DNA of 64,000 bases from Candidatus Babeliales bacterium. Lineage in GTDB: Bacteria > Babelota > Babeliae > Babelales > JANWKD01. Below the pieces are notes generated by a model. That model did not search any database. It was not told where the DNA came from and saw only the letters and a program-made list of their open reading frames with translations. This document shows, piece after piece, positions 38,469 through 48,334 of the stretch (positions within the stretch are counted from its first letter, which is position 1; each line of letters begins with the position of its first letter). Position numbers and translations under genes: made by a program. The stretch spans positions 521,662 to 585,661 of the forward strand of contig CAVXJH010000006.1 of the NCBI GenBank assembly GCA_963762115.1. Reading direction: 5' to 3'.

Positions 38469-38998
38469 TTAATGTTTTGATAGTTCAAGTTGTTCTTTAA
38501 CCAAAAAATTTCTAAATCGTTGAATAATATGCGCTAAATTTTCTGCAATAGAATGGTTATTGAAATTATATTCATCATCAGAAGCAGGAGGCATATAAAT
38601 TAAGAACTCATTCATTTCGCTAGGATGATCAAAGTCCCAATATACACTTTCAATTGCATCTATAAGTTCTCTATTACTATAATTTTTATCAAGTAAGGAT
38701 TGTAATTTTATAAAACGCCATTTTTTTTTTCAATGTTCCACTCTTTAGAATTTTCTTCTATTTTTATATTTAATTCTTCCAATAATTTTTCTAATTTATC
38801 ATTGATTTCAAAATCATCTTTTAATCCATATGCTAATTCTATGATATTAATATTATCTAATTTATAATGTTCAGATAAATATTGAGATGCAAAATCTTCT
38901 ATGAATTTACTGTTAATTAAATTTAATTTTCTTCCTATGTATATCGTTTTCCAAGAAATAGAAATATTATTTTTTTTAAAATCATTTAGCTGAATCAT
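38469..38998 (-). pseudogene. DUF2247-like immunity protein, frameshifted in a 10-nt homopolymer
   Basis: ATG overlaps the toxin stop; adding one A at 38721-38730 gives EKKKWRFIKL...IESVYWDFDHPSEMNEFLIYMPP...SKH*. Confidence 0.75.
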
Positions 38999-41900
38999 TT
39001 TTTTCCTGGCCAAATATTAGGTTTTCCTGTTATGATTCCATCTTTAATGAATAATCTATGAACAACGCCTTTTGAAGGATCGGGATGCACAATCCATTCA
39101 AAAATACCTTTTTCACCATTTAATGATCCTTCTATTTGATATAAAATTTTTCTTACTGTTTCTTTGTCATATAGATCGAATTTTTGAGCATATTCAACAT
39201 AATTATCAATTATATCACTAAATTTATGATAAGAATCTAATTTTAATGCTTTGCCACTTCTAATATTTTTAGTGACTTCATTATCAATAATTCGTAAGAC
39301 ATTATTTTCAGTATCAAGTGTATGTGATAAATCTTTTGAGAAAGCTTCATTACTATAATTTTTAGATTTTTGAGCTTGTCCCTCATTCATAGATTGTAAT
39401 AATGCAGAAGTTCCTTGAATGGCAGTTGTACCAAATGGTGTTGATCCAATAATCTCTCCAACGCCTTGGACGACTCCAGCAGCCTCTGTTGCCAATTCTT
39501 GTATTAAAGCAATATTCTGAGGTACAGCAAGCATATTTCCACCAGACATACTCGGCGGTATAAATTCTCCCATAGAAATTATGCAGTCGCCCATTACTCG
39601 GCTAATTAATTTAGCGCCACTGCCTAAGGCTTTATTTGCAGCGAGGTCAACAAGTAATTTTGCAACAAATTCTTTTTTATGTTCAATGGGTAGTTCTTTC
39701 CAATTTTTAGAAAATGCATGAACTGCTTCATTATATTTTTTGCTAAACTCAAATGCTTCTTTTTGCGTTGCTCCAAAAGCACTTATATTGTTTTTGCTAT
39801 AATCAACGACACAAGAACAGAGAAAATGCCCTAATTCTCCAAAGTCTTTAGCAGCATTCAATAAATAATTTCCTGGATGAGTTATTGTTTCATGCGCATA
39901 ATCGCCAATTTCTTTTAATGGCAAATCGGTAAAAACAATTTTAAAACAGTCCTTTATAACTTCTTCTACATTTTCTGCTAAGGTTAACTGCGTATCTCGA
40001 TTTAGTTTTATTGTTTCAATTTCGCGTAACGCGGATTCTTGTGATGATGCTAAATATTCATGAATAATTTCATTTTTCAATTCACCATTATCAGAATTCC
40101 ATAATTTGTCATTCTCCAGTAATTCTCTCATTAATGAGCGTTCATAAATCATGTTTAAATCAGGTTTTTGCTCAGGAGATGTCTGGAATTTTTGCATTTC
40201 ATGAGAACTGTAAGATTCGGTTTTACCCGTATGCAACAATTCTAAACTCTGTCTGAAGAAGGGAAGATCTTCTTGTGATTTGGTGCGACACATTTCGGGT
40301 CGATTTAATACATCCAATTCACGGACTATTTCTGCAATAGTTCTATTCAATGGTACTTGTGATGTTGCTGAATGATCTAATGATTCGAATTCTTTATTTA
40401 ATTTTAGTAATAGCGTTTGTAATTGATCTATGCGTTTTTCTGACCCACCTTCTTGTTTTAATCTATTGATTTCATTTGATAGATTAGTGCGAGCAGCAAG
40501 AGTTCGACGAGATATGTTTTCTTTTGCAACAAGATCTTCTGATAAAGAGAAATTGTTATTTTGTAAAATTGTTTTCTCATTTTCTGTAGGTTTTATATTT
40601 TGAGGAATTGCGTTAGAATTTGCAGTAGATTCTGATCTTCGTACTATTGGACCACTTAAGGTTTGCAGTCGATGAGCAATCCTTTTACTTGCCTCAGTTA
40701 TTTTGCATAGATCTTCAAATGTATTCACTTCATGAAATTGTTTATCTATGGCGAGTAGATCAGACTGATTATCCTTGATAAACTTTCGTGGGGCATTTTT
40801 GTTTTGTAGATTGTTGGTTGTATCTACTAAATTGAGCACAGTCTTCATTACATTATCTTGAGCTCTGAGTTGCATTTGATTTGGTTGATCTAAAATTAAG
40901 CTACCGCATTGAAGAATTGTTGTATTTTTTTTGCCTTCTAATGCATCGACTATTGCTGAGGCTAATCCTAAATGTAGCTCTTTATTCAAACCTTCAGTGG
41001 AACAAGCTTTTGCGATGTAGCCAACGGCATTACGGTGTGCCTGTAACATATGTAATGGTTCTTGTGAAGCAAGTACAGCAACTTTAAGTAAGAGCACACG
41101 TTCTTTAAGATGTTCTGGTTGGATAATTGATGAGGGTATAATGATATCTTTGAATATACATTCATCAAAATTATAAAGGCGAGGTAATCCTCGTTGATCA
41201 AAAAGTGGTTTGATAGCTTCATAATATTTGGGGTCATTTTGTTTTTCTGTTAAGACAGAAATAAAATGATCTATAACTTTCATAGGTTGCTGTGAAGCCG
41301 CATAAGGAGCTACTTCATGCAATAAATCCATAATTTCCAGATTTGCAGAGATATTTAATGGTTGCAAAATATGCTTTGTACAATATTCTGTAGAAAGCTC
41401 TGCATAAAGTTTGCTTATAATGAGATAATCATCTTCTGGTGAAGATGAATTGTACATGACATGATCTTTGTAGCAATCAACTATATATTTTGCTGCTTCT
41501 AATTGATGATCCTCGAATAAGTGGACTACATTTCTTAATTCTTGATTTTGAATATTTTCCAATACTCGTTGTCGCATTTCAAGTGGATTAGAAGGATAAA
41601 GATCCGATTTTTTATGCAGTTCTTGCTTCATCCAAAATGCATTCTCTTCATTGCAAATTCTTTGAAAACAAGGTCGATTTTCTTTTTTAAAGTTTTCAAT
41701 TACCTGCTTATATGCATTAGGCATCTCTTTTTTTAAATAATTTGTTATGGTACGAGCTATTTGATAATGATCTTCGGCGCTTAAGGAAGCTTTTAATGAA
41801 CCATCGGGCTTGCATAAAATATAGGTCGATTGATTAATAGCATTTTGAAGATGTACGTTTCTTTGTGTTAAATCTTGAGTTATTCCTGGCACAGAAAAGG

Positions 41901-42276
41901 TAAGATTGGTGAGTGCGAGTGTAGATCGTGTTGATTGAGTTTGAGCTGCTTTACTGAGTGCATTTGCATAATTTACGACCTGAGCATGTATTTTAAGAGT
42001 TTCAGCAAATTGTTTTTGTTGTTCAGCTGAAAACGTATGTGTTTGAGCTGGTAATGCTGCATAGGGAGTGTTTGTGCGATGGCGGAGTTGATCGTATGAA
42101 GCTTCGCGCATCATAAAATCATTAAGTGAATTACTTAATGATGAAGTATTATTAGTGTTATAGCTAAAATTGCTATTTATTGTTATAAGGCTTCTTCTAT
42201 CTTGATCTTCCATGCATTGTGAGTTTTGGAAAATATGAAGAGTAAAGAATAAATTTATAAAAAATAATTTTTTCAT
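38995..42276 (-). CDS. Large secreted polymorphic-toxin-like protein with C-terminal toxin domain
   Basis: Signal ...NSQC|ME; Gly/Ala-rich pre-toxin segment; tip RSGKALKLDSYHKFSDIIDNY..LYQIEGSLNGEKGIFEWIV..HRLFI..G.P. Confidence 0.8.
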   Translation of the reverse strand: MKKLFFINLFFTLHIFQNSQCMEDQDRRSLITINSNFSYNTNNTSSLSNSLNDFMMREASYDQLRHRTNTPYAALPAQTHTFSAEQQKQFAETLKIHAQVVNYANALSKAAQTQSTRSTLALTNLTFSVPGITQDLTQRNVHLQNAINQSTYILCKPDGSLKASLSAEDHYQIARTITNYLKKEMPNAYKQVIENFKKENRPCFQRICNEENAFWMKQELHKKSDLYPSNPLEMRQRVLENIQNQELRNVVHLFEDHQLEAAKYIVDCYKDHVMYNSSSPEDDYLIISKLYAELSTEYCTKHILQPLNISANLEIMDLLHEVAPYAASQQPMKVIDHFISVLTEKQNDPKYYEAIKPLFDQRGLPRLYNFDECIFKDIIIPSSIIQPEHLKERVLLLKVAVLASQEPLHMLQAHRNAVGYIAKACSTEGLNKELHLGLASAIVDALEGKKNTTILQCGSLILDQPNQMQLRAQDNVMKTVLNLVDTTNNLQNKNAPRKFIKDNQSDLLAIDKQFHEVNTFEDLCKITEASKRIAHRLQTLSGPIVRRSESTANSNAIPQNIKPTENEKTILQNNNFSLSEDLVAKENISRRTLAARTNLSNEINRLKQEGGSEKRIDQLQTLLLKLNKEFESLDHSATSQVPLNRTIAEIVRELDVLNRPEMCRTKSQEDLPFFRQSLELLHTGKTESYSSHEMQKFQTSPEQKPDLNMIYERSLMRELLENDKLWNSDNGELKNEIIHEYLASSQESALREIETIKLNRDTQLTLAENVEEVIKDCFKIVFTDLPLKEIGDYAHETITHPGNYLLNAAKDFGELGHFLCSCVVDYSKNNISAFGATQKEAFEFSKKYNEAVHAFSKNWKELPIEHKKEFVAKLLVDLAANKALGSGAKLISRVMGDCIISMGEFIPPSMSGGNMLAVPQNIALIQELATEAAGVVQGVGEIIGSTPFGTTAIQGTSALLQSMNEGQAQKSKNYSNEAFSKDLSHTLDTENNVLRIIDNEVTKNIRSGKALKLDSYHKFSDIIDNYVEYAQKFDLYDKETVRKILYQIEGSLNGEKGIFEWIVHPDPSKGVVHRLFIKDGIITGKPNIWPGKK

Positions 42277-43886
42277 CACACCCATTTAAATGGCCAAGAT
42301 ATAATGTTATAAGCTTTCTCGCAAATATCAGATCGGTTTTCTATAATAGGATAGGCTAATTTTGCTCCATAAGAGATGCATCCTATAATAAAAGCTGCAT
42401 TAGGATTTATGTCTTTTAAAATAGTTGATACTCCTATTCCAGCATCGCAAGCCATTTGTACGTGAGAGTTTCTCATTTGCTCATTATGAAAATCACTTGA
42501 TTGTTGTTTACTTTCATTATGTAATTGATTGGTTTGTGCTAAGCTTTGTCCTTGCAGTATTTTTGCCTGATCTAACCCTTCAGTATGAAACTTTTGTGCT
42601 TGAGCAAGACTTGCAAGATGAAATTCTTTTGCCTGTGCTATCGATTCTCGATGAAATGAGGCATTTTGAGCAAGGCTTGCAAGGTGCATTTCTTGTTGTG
42701 CTTTTGCTGCCTGTATTTGCATGCAATAATTAAATCCAAGAGTTATTACAAGAGGGATGCTGATTTGTAATGCTGGCATAATCGCGGGTTTAATAAATTC
42801 ATACGTTTTTGTTTGCCAGGATTCATGAATGCCGTTATTATTTTTTATATAATCCATGGCTTGTAATAATTCTTTTTTTGTTAATTGTAATGTAACATTT
42901 TGATCTTGATTGCCTGCTTTTTTGATATCGATACTTTCTATTATTTCTTCGAACATTCTATCAAAATCACGTGCTGCAAAGCCATTTGTTTTTTTTGCCA
43001 GGTAATTGATATCACGCTGTGTTAATGAAATTGTTATTAAGCAGCTAATTTTTGCAATATGGTAGTTAATATTGCTTATTCGATCATAGAAATCTGGTAA
43101 TGTAATTTTATAACATCTGTTAGAAAGACGTTGTCTTAGTTGTTTGGGTAATCCATTTAATTCATTTGCAGTGCCGATAAATAAAATATTTTTTGTTTCT
43201 GTAATTTCATCTAATAGTTGCCAGAGAACGCTTGCTGCATTATTATCATTTTTGTTTTGATCATGTTTTATGATTTTTTGCATTTCATCTAAAATAATAA
43301 CATGAGGATCATTTAAATCTTGTATTCTATTAAAAGTATCATTAAGTTTACTTTCTGCTGAATTTTGATATTGATTGCCAAGTGTTGTAGCTTTTATGAT
43401 GGTGTATTTTAATTTACAATATTGTGAAATTGCAATTGCTAAAGTAGTTTTTCCAACACCTGGAGGTCCTACAAGAGTAATGAAAGGTGGTTTGTCATAG
43501 CGTTCTCTTTGATATAAATCTGATTTAGAAGCGACTCTTGCTTTTACTGTTTCTATAAAAAATTGTAATTTTTCAGGAGAATCATCAATATATTTTTGTA
43601 TTCTTTCCTCGTCAAATTTTGTGTTTCTTTGGCGAATAGAACCTGCCATTTGTTGGGCAGTGAAATCATCTTTAGTATTTAAGTTAAAGTATTGATAGGC
43701 ATTATCGACTGGAGGGATTTCTTTTTCTGTTTGATCATCATTTTGTGTATGAGGAGGAAGCAATCTTGATGGTTTTTCTTTAGTCTGCTTTTGTTTAGGT
43801 ATGGGGAATCGTTGATCTTCTTCCATTGCATGTGCAATAAAAAAACTTAAAAATATACTTACTATTAAAAATGATTTGTGCTGCAT
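42276..43886 (-). CDS. Secreted AAA+ ATPase with TM helix and 11-residue repeats
   Basis: Signal ...IAHA|ME; GPPGVGKTT, IILDEMQ, IGTAN, LPKQLRQR. Confidence 0.88.
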   Translation of the reverse strand: MQHKSFLIVSIFLSFFIAHAMEEDQRFPIPKQKQTKEKPSRLLPPHTQNDDQTEKEIPPVDNAYQYFNLNTKDDFTAQQMAGSIRQRNTKFDEERIQKYIDDSPEKLQFFIETVKARVASKSDLYQRERYDKPPFITLVGPPGVGKTTLAIAISQYCKLKYTIIKATTLGNQYQNSAESKLNDTFNRIQDLNDPHVIILDEMQKIIKHDQNKNDNNAASVLWQLLDEITETKNILFIGTANELNGLPKQLRQRLSNRCYKITLPDFYDRISNINYHIAKISCLITISLTQRDINYLAKKTNGFAARDFDRMFEEIIESIDIKKAGNQDQNVTLQLTKKELLQAMDYIKNNNGIHESWQTKTYEFIKPAIMPALQISIPLVITLGFNYCMQIQAAKAQQEMHLASLAQNASFHRESIAQAKEFHLASLAQAQKFHTEGLDQAKILQGQSLAQTNQLHNESKQQSSDFHNEQMRNSHVQMACDAGIGVSTILKDINPNAAFIIGCISYGAKLAYPIIENRSDICEKAYNIISWPFKWV

Positions 43887-44066
43887 TACAAAGCTCCTTG
43901 CGTCATTAACTTAAGATGATAAATTGATACAAGGCTATCGTCTTTTTGATAAAAGTAAATGTGGTTTGATTTTGTAAGGTGCTTTTGCAAGAACCTCTAT
44001 TCTGTGATAGTATACCGTAAAAAAAGGTACACATTTTAGTAACCCCTTCAATACAAGGAAAACATA

Positions 44067-45122
44067 ATGCAAAAACAACAATATTCATTATTAATGGTAG
44101 CGCTTGCTTCATTAGTTATACTGCCACAATGCGAATGGCTTGAATCAAAAAAATCTGCTGAACCTACGAGTACAACCGGTGTTGAAACTCAAGCAACTGC
44201 AGGATCAAAAGCAGTAGCACCTACAATAGGAACTGGTAAAGGCATTGATGGTGAAGTGCTTATAACGATGTATGATGCAAAAGTGCCAAAAGCAAGTATT
44301 AATGACTTTAAAGAATATATTGATGAGTTCTTAGAAGCACAACCACAATATAAACAAGTTTTTGAAATGATGCCTGGCGCAGAAGAACAAATTTTTGATG
44401 GTTTAAAGAATGAACTAGTTCTTGCTGAATGGGTTGAGAAGAACGGCATTAATAAAAAGCCTGAATATTTAAAAGATGAAGAAAAAATTAAAAAATTTGG
44501 CCGTCGCAGCTTGAATGTGAAATATTTCCAAGAAGCGTATCCGGTGAAAGTTACTGATTCTGAAGTCAAAAAATATTATGACGAAAATAAGAACAGTATT
44601 CCTCAGTTGATGCTCGCTCCGGGTGGTGTTGCTGCACAAGGCGTGATGTTTGATACTAAAGCTGCAGCACAAGCTTTCTATGATAAGGTAAAAGACGTTA
44701 AGACAAATTTTGAAAGTGTTGCAAAAGAATCAACCCTAAGCGTGAAAGATTTTGGCGAAGTTAACAATCAAAGTTTCAATGTTGATGGCGTGATTCGTAA
44801 AAAATTGCTTGATGCTAAGAAGTTTCCTGTCGTTGAATTAGTTGAAATCAATGATAAATCATTTGCCGTGGTTAAAGCAACCGGTAAAAAAGAACCAAAT
44901 TATGTACCATTTGAAGATGTAAAATCTGGTATTGAAAATATGCTAAAACAACAAAAAATTGCTGAAGCATTAAACAAAGAGCTTGATAAACTCGCACAAG
45001 AATATAAAGTTGTTGTAAACAAAGATTATTTTGAGCGCAAGAAAAAAGCTAAAAATCCAGAAGCAGCAATGCAATCAGAAGAAGTGCCAGCTACTAAAGC
45101 TGCACCAATGAGATCAATGTAA
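44067..45122 (+). CDS. PrsA/SurA-like parvulin-type chaperone (possible lipoprotein)
   Basis: Signal with Cys; KVTDSEVKKYYDENK, FESVAKE, PFEDVKSGIENML. Confidence 0.75.
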   Translation: MQKQQYSLLMVALASLVILPQCEWLESKKSAEPTSTTGVETQATAGSKAVAPTIGTGKGIDGEVLITMYDAKVPKASINDFKEYIDEFLEAQPQYKQVFEMMPGAEEQIFDGLKNELVLAEWVEKNGINKKPEYLKDEEKIKKFGRRSLNVKYFQEAYPVKVTDSEVKKYYDENKNSIPQLMLAPGGVAAQGVMFDTKAAAQAFYDKVKDVKTNFESVAKESTLSVKDFGEVNNQSFNVDGVIRKKLLDAKKFPVVELVEINDKSFAVVKATGKKEPNYVPFEDVKSGIENMLKQQKIAEALNKELDKLAQEYKVVVNKDYFERKKKAKNPEAAMQSEEVPATKAAPMRSM

Positions 45123-45140
45123 ACAAAATAGTTATTATTG

Positions 45141-45176
45141 ACATAAAGGGGAATTACTCGTAATTCCCCTTTATGT
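45141..45176 (+). terminator. Intrinsic terminator after 44067..45122
   Basis: acataaaggggaatta-ctcg-taattcccctttatgt perfect stem. Confidence 0.75.
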
Positions 45177-45196
45177 TTTAAAAGACTGGAAGATCA

Positions 45197-46168
45197 ATGA
45201 ATCGAGCTATGAAAACTACCTTTTTCTCATTATTTAGTATGTTAGTTCTTTTTTTTGGTATAAAGGAACTTTCAGCAACAATTAAAGAATCAAATGAGCT
45301 TCCGACTGATGTGCCTACTCAAGAAATGATGGTAGAACAATCTGTTGAAGATAATGATCGTTTCTTGATCAATGAAGTTGCCGTTGTTGTTGATGGACCT
45401 GAGCGTAGATTTTATGTAACCACTCTTGATTTAGAAACCCCAAGCTTTGATGGGAGAATTCCGTCGCTTGATGATATCGTTGATGAAGAATTGATATATC
45501 AAGATGCTCTTAAGCATAAAATTCCTATTACTGAATATGCTCAAAAACATATTCAAAGTATCAAAAAACAGCATAAGCTCTCAGATGAAGCTTTTACTAA
45601 AATTTGCGCGAACGCAGGGTTAGATCAAGCTTCTGCATTAGAAAAATTTGAAAAAATGGGTGCTGGAAACACCATGGTGCAACATAAAGCAGATAGTTTT
45701 GTAGCTGAACATGAAGTAAAAGAATATTATGAGGCAAATCCAATTAGTAAACCCGCTAAATATCAATTGCAAGTTGGCTTTGTTCCTTTTGATAGAAATA
45801 AAAGCGTAGATCAACAAAAGAGCGAATTAGAAAAAACATTGCGTTCCAATCCGGAAGCAATTCATTGGAATGAGCCGTTTTGGCTTAAAGAAGTTGATAT
45901 TGCTGAAGATAAAATGTACGTAACTAAAATGTCGGTTGGTGATATTTCAACGCCGCAGGCAACTGATGGTGGTTTTGAAGTTCTTCGCTTAAAAGATAAA
46001 AAAGATGCTTATGTTGTTCCGCTGGAAAAACGTTATGGTGAAATTGTTCACACATTGCGCATGCCAAAATTGCAGGAAACTGTTGAACAATATAAAAAGA
46101 CTTTGCGTGAATCCAGCTCAATTGTTGATATTAGAAAGCCGCAGGAAGCACGTCATATTTGTGATTAA
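45197..46168 (+). CDS. SurA-like periplasmic chaperone/PPIase
   Basis: INEVAVVVDG, VDEELIYQDA, VKEYYEAN, MSVGDISTP..GGFEVLRL. Confidence 0.7.
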   Translation: MNRAMKTTFFSLFSMLVLFFGIKELSATIKESNELPTDVPTQEMMVEQSVEDNDRFLINEVAVVVDGPERRFYVTTLDLETPSFDGRIPSLDDIVDEELIYQDALKHKIPITEYAQKHIQSIKKQHKLSDEAFTKICANAGLDQASALEKFEKMGAGNTMVQHKADSFVAEHEVKEYYEANPISKPAKYQLQVGFVPFDRNKSVDQQKSELEKTLRSNPEAIHWNEPFWLKEVDIAEDKMYVTKMSVGDISTPQATDGGFEVLRLKDKKDAYVVPLEKRYGEIVHTLRMPKLQETVEQYKKTLRESSSIVDIRKPQEARHICD

Positions 46169-47364
46169 TTATTACCGAATACCTTTATTGCCATTCCATG
46201 TAAATCTTTTAATGCAATGTTGTTATTAAGAGTGCGTTGCATTAATGAGGAACTTTTCAATGCAGGATTTATTTTTTCGGCCTTTTTTTTCTTACATGAT
46301 GCACTATATTCCTGTCTTTTTTGAATGCTTGCTTGAGTTAAATCTTGATTAAAGTAATGCATTCCTAATTGTAATGTTAATGGTATAGCGATCAGAATGG
46401 TATGTTCAATGTAGGGCTTTATGGTTTTATATGTTGTTTTGTACCATGGTTTAAATCTTTTATCGGTATATGTTATAAAAGTAATTGCTTGTTCAAAATC
46501 ATATAGTGTCGGTGTAATTGTTGGTTTGTAATAAGTACACCGTTCAGAAGCATTATAATTCCCTTGTATTACCATTTCTTCTAAATCGTGTGGCGTAAAA
46601 TTTTTAGTTATTTTTCCTAATATGTTGACTTCACATGGGGTTAGGCACGGTGAATGCAAAGCAAGATGATAATTAATAATCTTTTCTCTTTTTTTTTGAT
46701 TGGGCAGGGAAATGGCGTGAGCATTGTATATATGCTTTCTAATCTGCTCGGGTAAATTTTTTCGTTCATTGGCGGTGGCAATAATCAAAAAATTTTTTTT
46801 CTTTTTAAATGTATCTAAAAAACTCGATAAATAATCTGCATCGTAATCTTCGTTAATCATTTGTAAACCATCTAAAATAATTACTTTCGGTTCTTTATTT
46901 TCTTTCAAGGGGCCAAGAATATTTATAAGATCACTTTGACCTGAATGATTATATTGATGTACTAATGCTGGGAATGAGACAAAGGTATAGCGCAATCCAC
47001 ATTTTAAGGCGATTGCTTTTGCCAACGAGGTTTTTCCTGCTCCAGAAGGGCCAACTAAGAGATGCATATTAGACAAAAATGGTATTGCTTGCAATAAATT
47101 ATTAGGTTCGATTCTTTTGGTGATAATTCGGATAATTTTTTGAATTTCTTTTGGACTCTCCTCAATAAGTTCATCAATTAACTTTTCATCTAATTGCTCT
47201 TCTTCTGAGCAATATTTTTCTTGATCTTCCATGCAGTAAATAATATTAGTAGTTAATGATGAAAAAAGAAGCATTATGAAAAAATATTTTTTCCATAGAT
47301 TACTTTGAGGTAAAAATTGTCCTGAGATAAATTTTATTTGGAAAAAATATGATTGAAGCTGCAT
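46165..47364 (-). CDS. Secreted AAA+ ATPase paralogue with degenerate Walker B
   Basis: ...IIYC|ME; GPSGAGKT; VIILDGLQ (Glu missing); IATAN; C-terminal hydrophobic helix. Confidence 0.8.
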   Translation of the reverse strand: MQLQSYFFQIKFISGQFLPQSNLWKKYFFIMLLFSSLTTNIIYCMEDQEKYCSEEEQLDEKLIDELIEESPKEIQKIIRIITKRIEPNNLLQAIPFLSNMHLLVGPSGAGKTSLAKAIALKCGLRYTFVSFPALVHQYNHSGQSDLINILGPLKENKEPKVIILDGLQMINEDYDADYLSSFLDTFKKKKNFLIIATANERKNLPEQIRKHIYNAHAISLPNQKKREKIINYHLALHSPCLTPCEVNILGKITKNFTPHDLEEMVIQGNYNASERCTYYKPTITPTLYDFEQAITFITYTDKRFKPWYKTTYKTIKPYIEHTILIAIPLTLQLGMHYFNQDLTQASIQKRQEYSASCKKKKAEKINPALKSSSLMQRTLNNNIALKDLHGMAIKVFGNN

Positions 47365-47689
47365 TATTAAACCTTGTTGTTTAAAGATACGAGAGAAATA
47401 TAAATTGCAGCAATTTTAGTCTGGTTCTAAGTAAAAGTAAACAAGAAATGGTGATATAAAAAAGTTTGTACAAATCAAGCGCTATGGTTGATATTAGAGA
47501 ATCATAGAGGGTAAGCAATTTTTTCGCCATCTTATTATTTCTTCCTGAAAGAAATTGATGATTGACGGTAAAGAATTTTTTCTGTTTGATGTAGGAATGG
47601 CATATTTGGAAGGCTTTTGTCAAAATGGTTAAAATAAGCCATAATTAAAGGGAATATAAGAGGTTATTCTTTTTTTGTGGGGTTATAAA

Positions 47690-48334
47690 ATGAAAAAACT
47701 ATGTATTTGCTTAAATGAATTAGAAGTAAAAGTCTTTGTAGGTATTTTATTATTACTAGGTTTTCCTTACTTGTTATTTTGGCTCAATAAAGATCTTAAT
47801 TATTCTAGTTCTGATTATGCTAATATTTTAACGTCAGCAGCTACTTTACTAACTGCTGTTTATGCCACTTTTTTACTCGTGCCGAATTACTTTAAGCAAA
47901 AGAGAGCTGAAAATTTAACTGAAGCTGCTAAAGAAGTATTGAGCATTTTGACAGAAACTGAAGTAGAGATAAAAAAACTTTTCTTACTTAAAGATGAAAC
48001 TATAAAAAGTTTTTACAATGATTATGCAAAAGAGCATATTAAAGTTCAATTTAAACTATCTTTTTTGCTCAACAAATTACGAAATGGTTTATTGTTAGTA
48101 AGAAAAAAAGTTGATTTAGTAAAAAATGAAAAAATACCCAACTTTGTAGAATTAGTTGCAAGTTTAGAACAGGTATTGAGTCAAAGGCCTACAAGTTATC
48201 CAGCTTCTTTTATAACAATAAATTTTCTTAGTGAATGTGGTCTTTTAAACACAGGTAAAGATTCACTTGATCTCGGTAAGCTCAAAGATCTCAGAGAGGT
48301 ATTGTTATCAATTTATGAGTTAGACGAGCAATGA
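47690..48334 (+). CDS. Two-TM membrane protein, first gene of nuclease-helicase island
   Basis: Two N-terminal TM helices; stop overlaps the helicase start (ATGA). Confidence 0.7.
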   Translation: MKKLCICLNELEVKVFVGILLLLGFPYLLFWLNKDLNYSSSDYANILTSAATLLTAVYATFLLVPNYFKQKRAENLTEAAKEVLSILTETEVEIKKLFLLKDETIKSFYNDYAKEHIKVQFKLSFLLNKLRNGLLLVRKKVDLVKNEKIPNFVELVASLEQVLSQRPTSYPASFITINFLSECGLLNTGKDSLDLGKLKDLREVLLSIYELDEQ

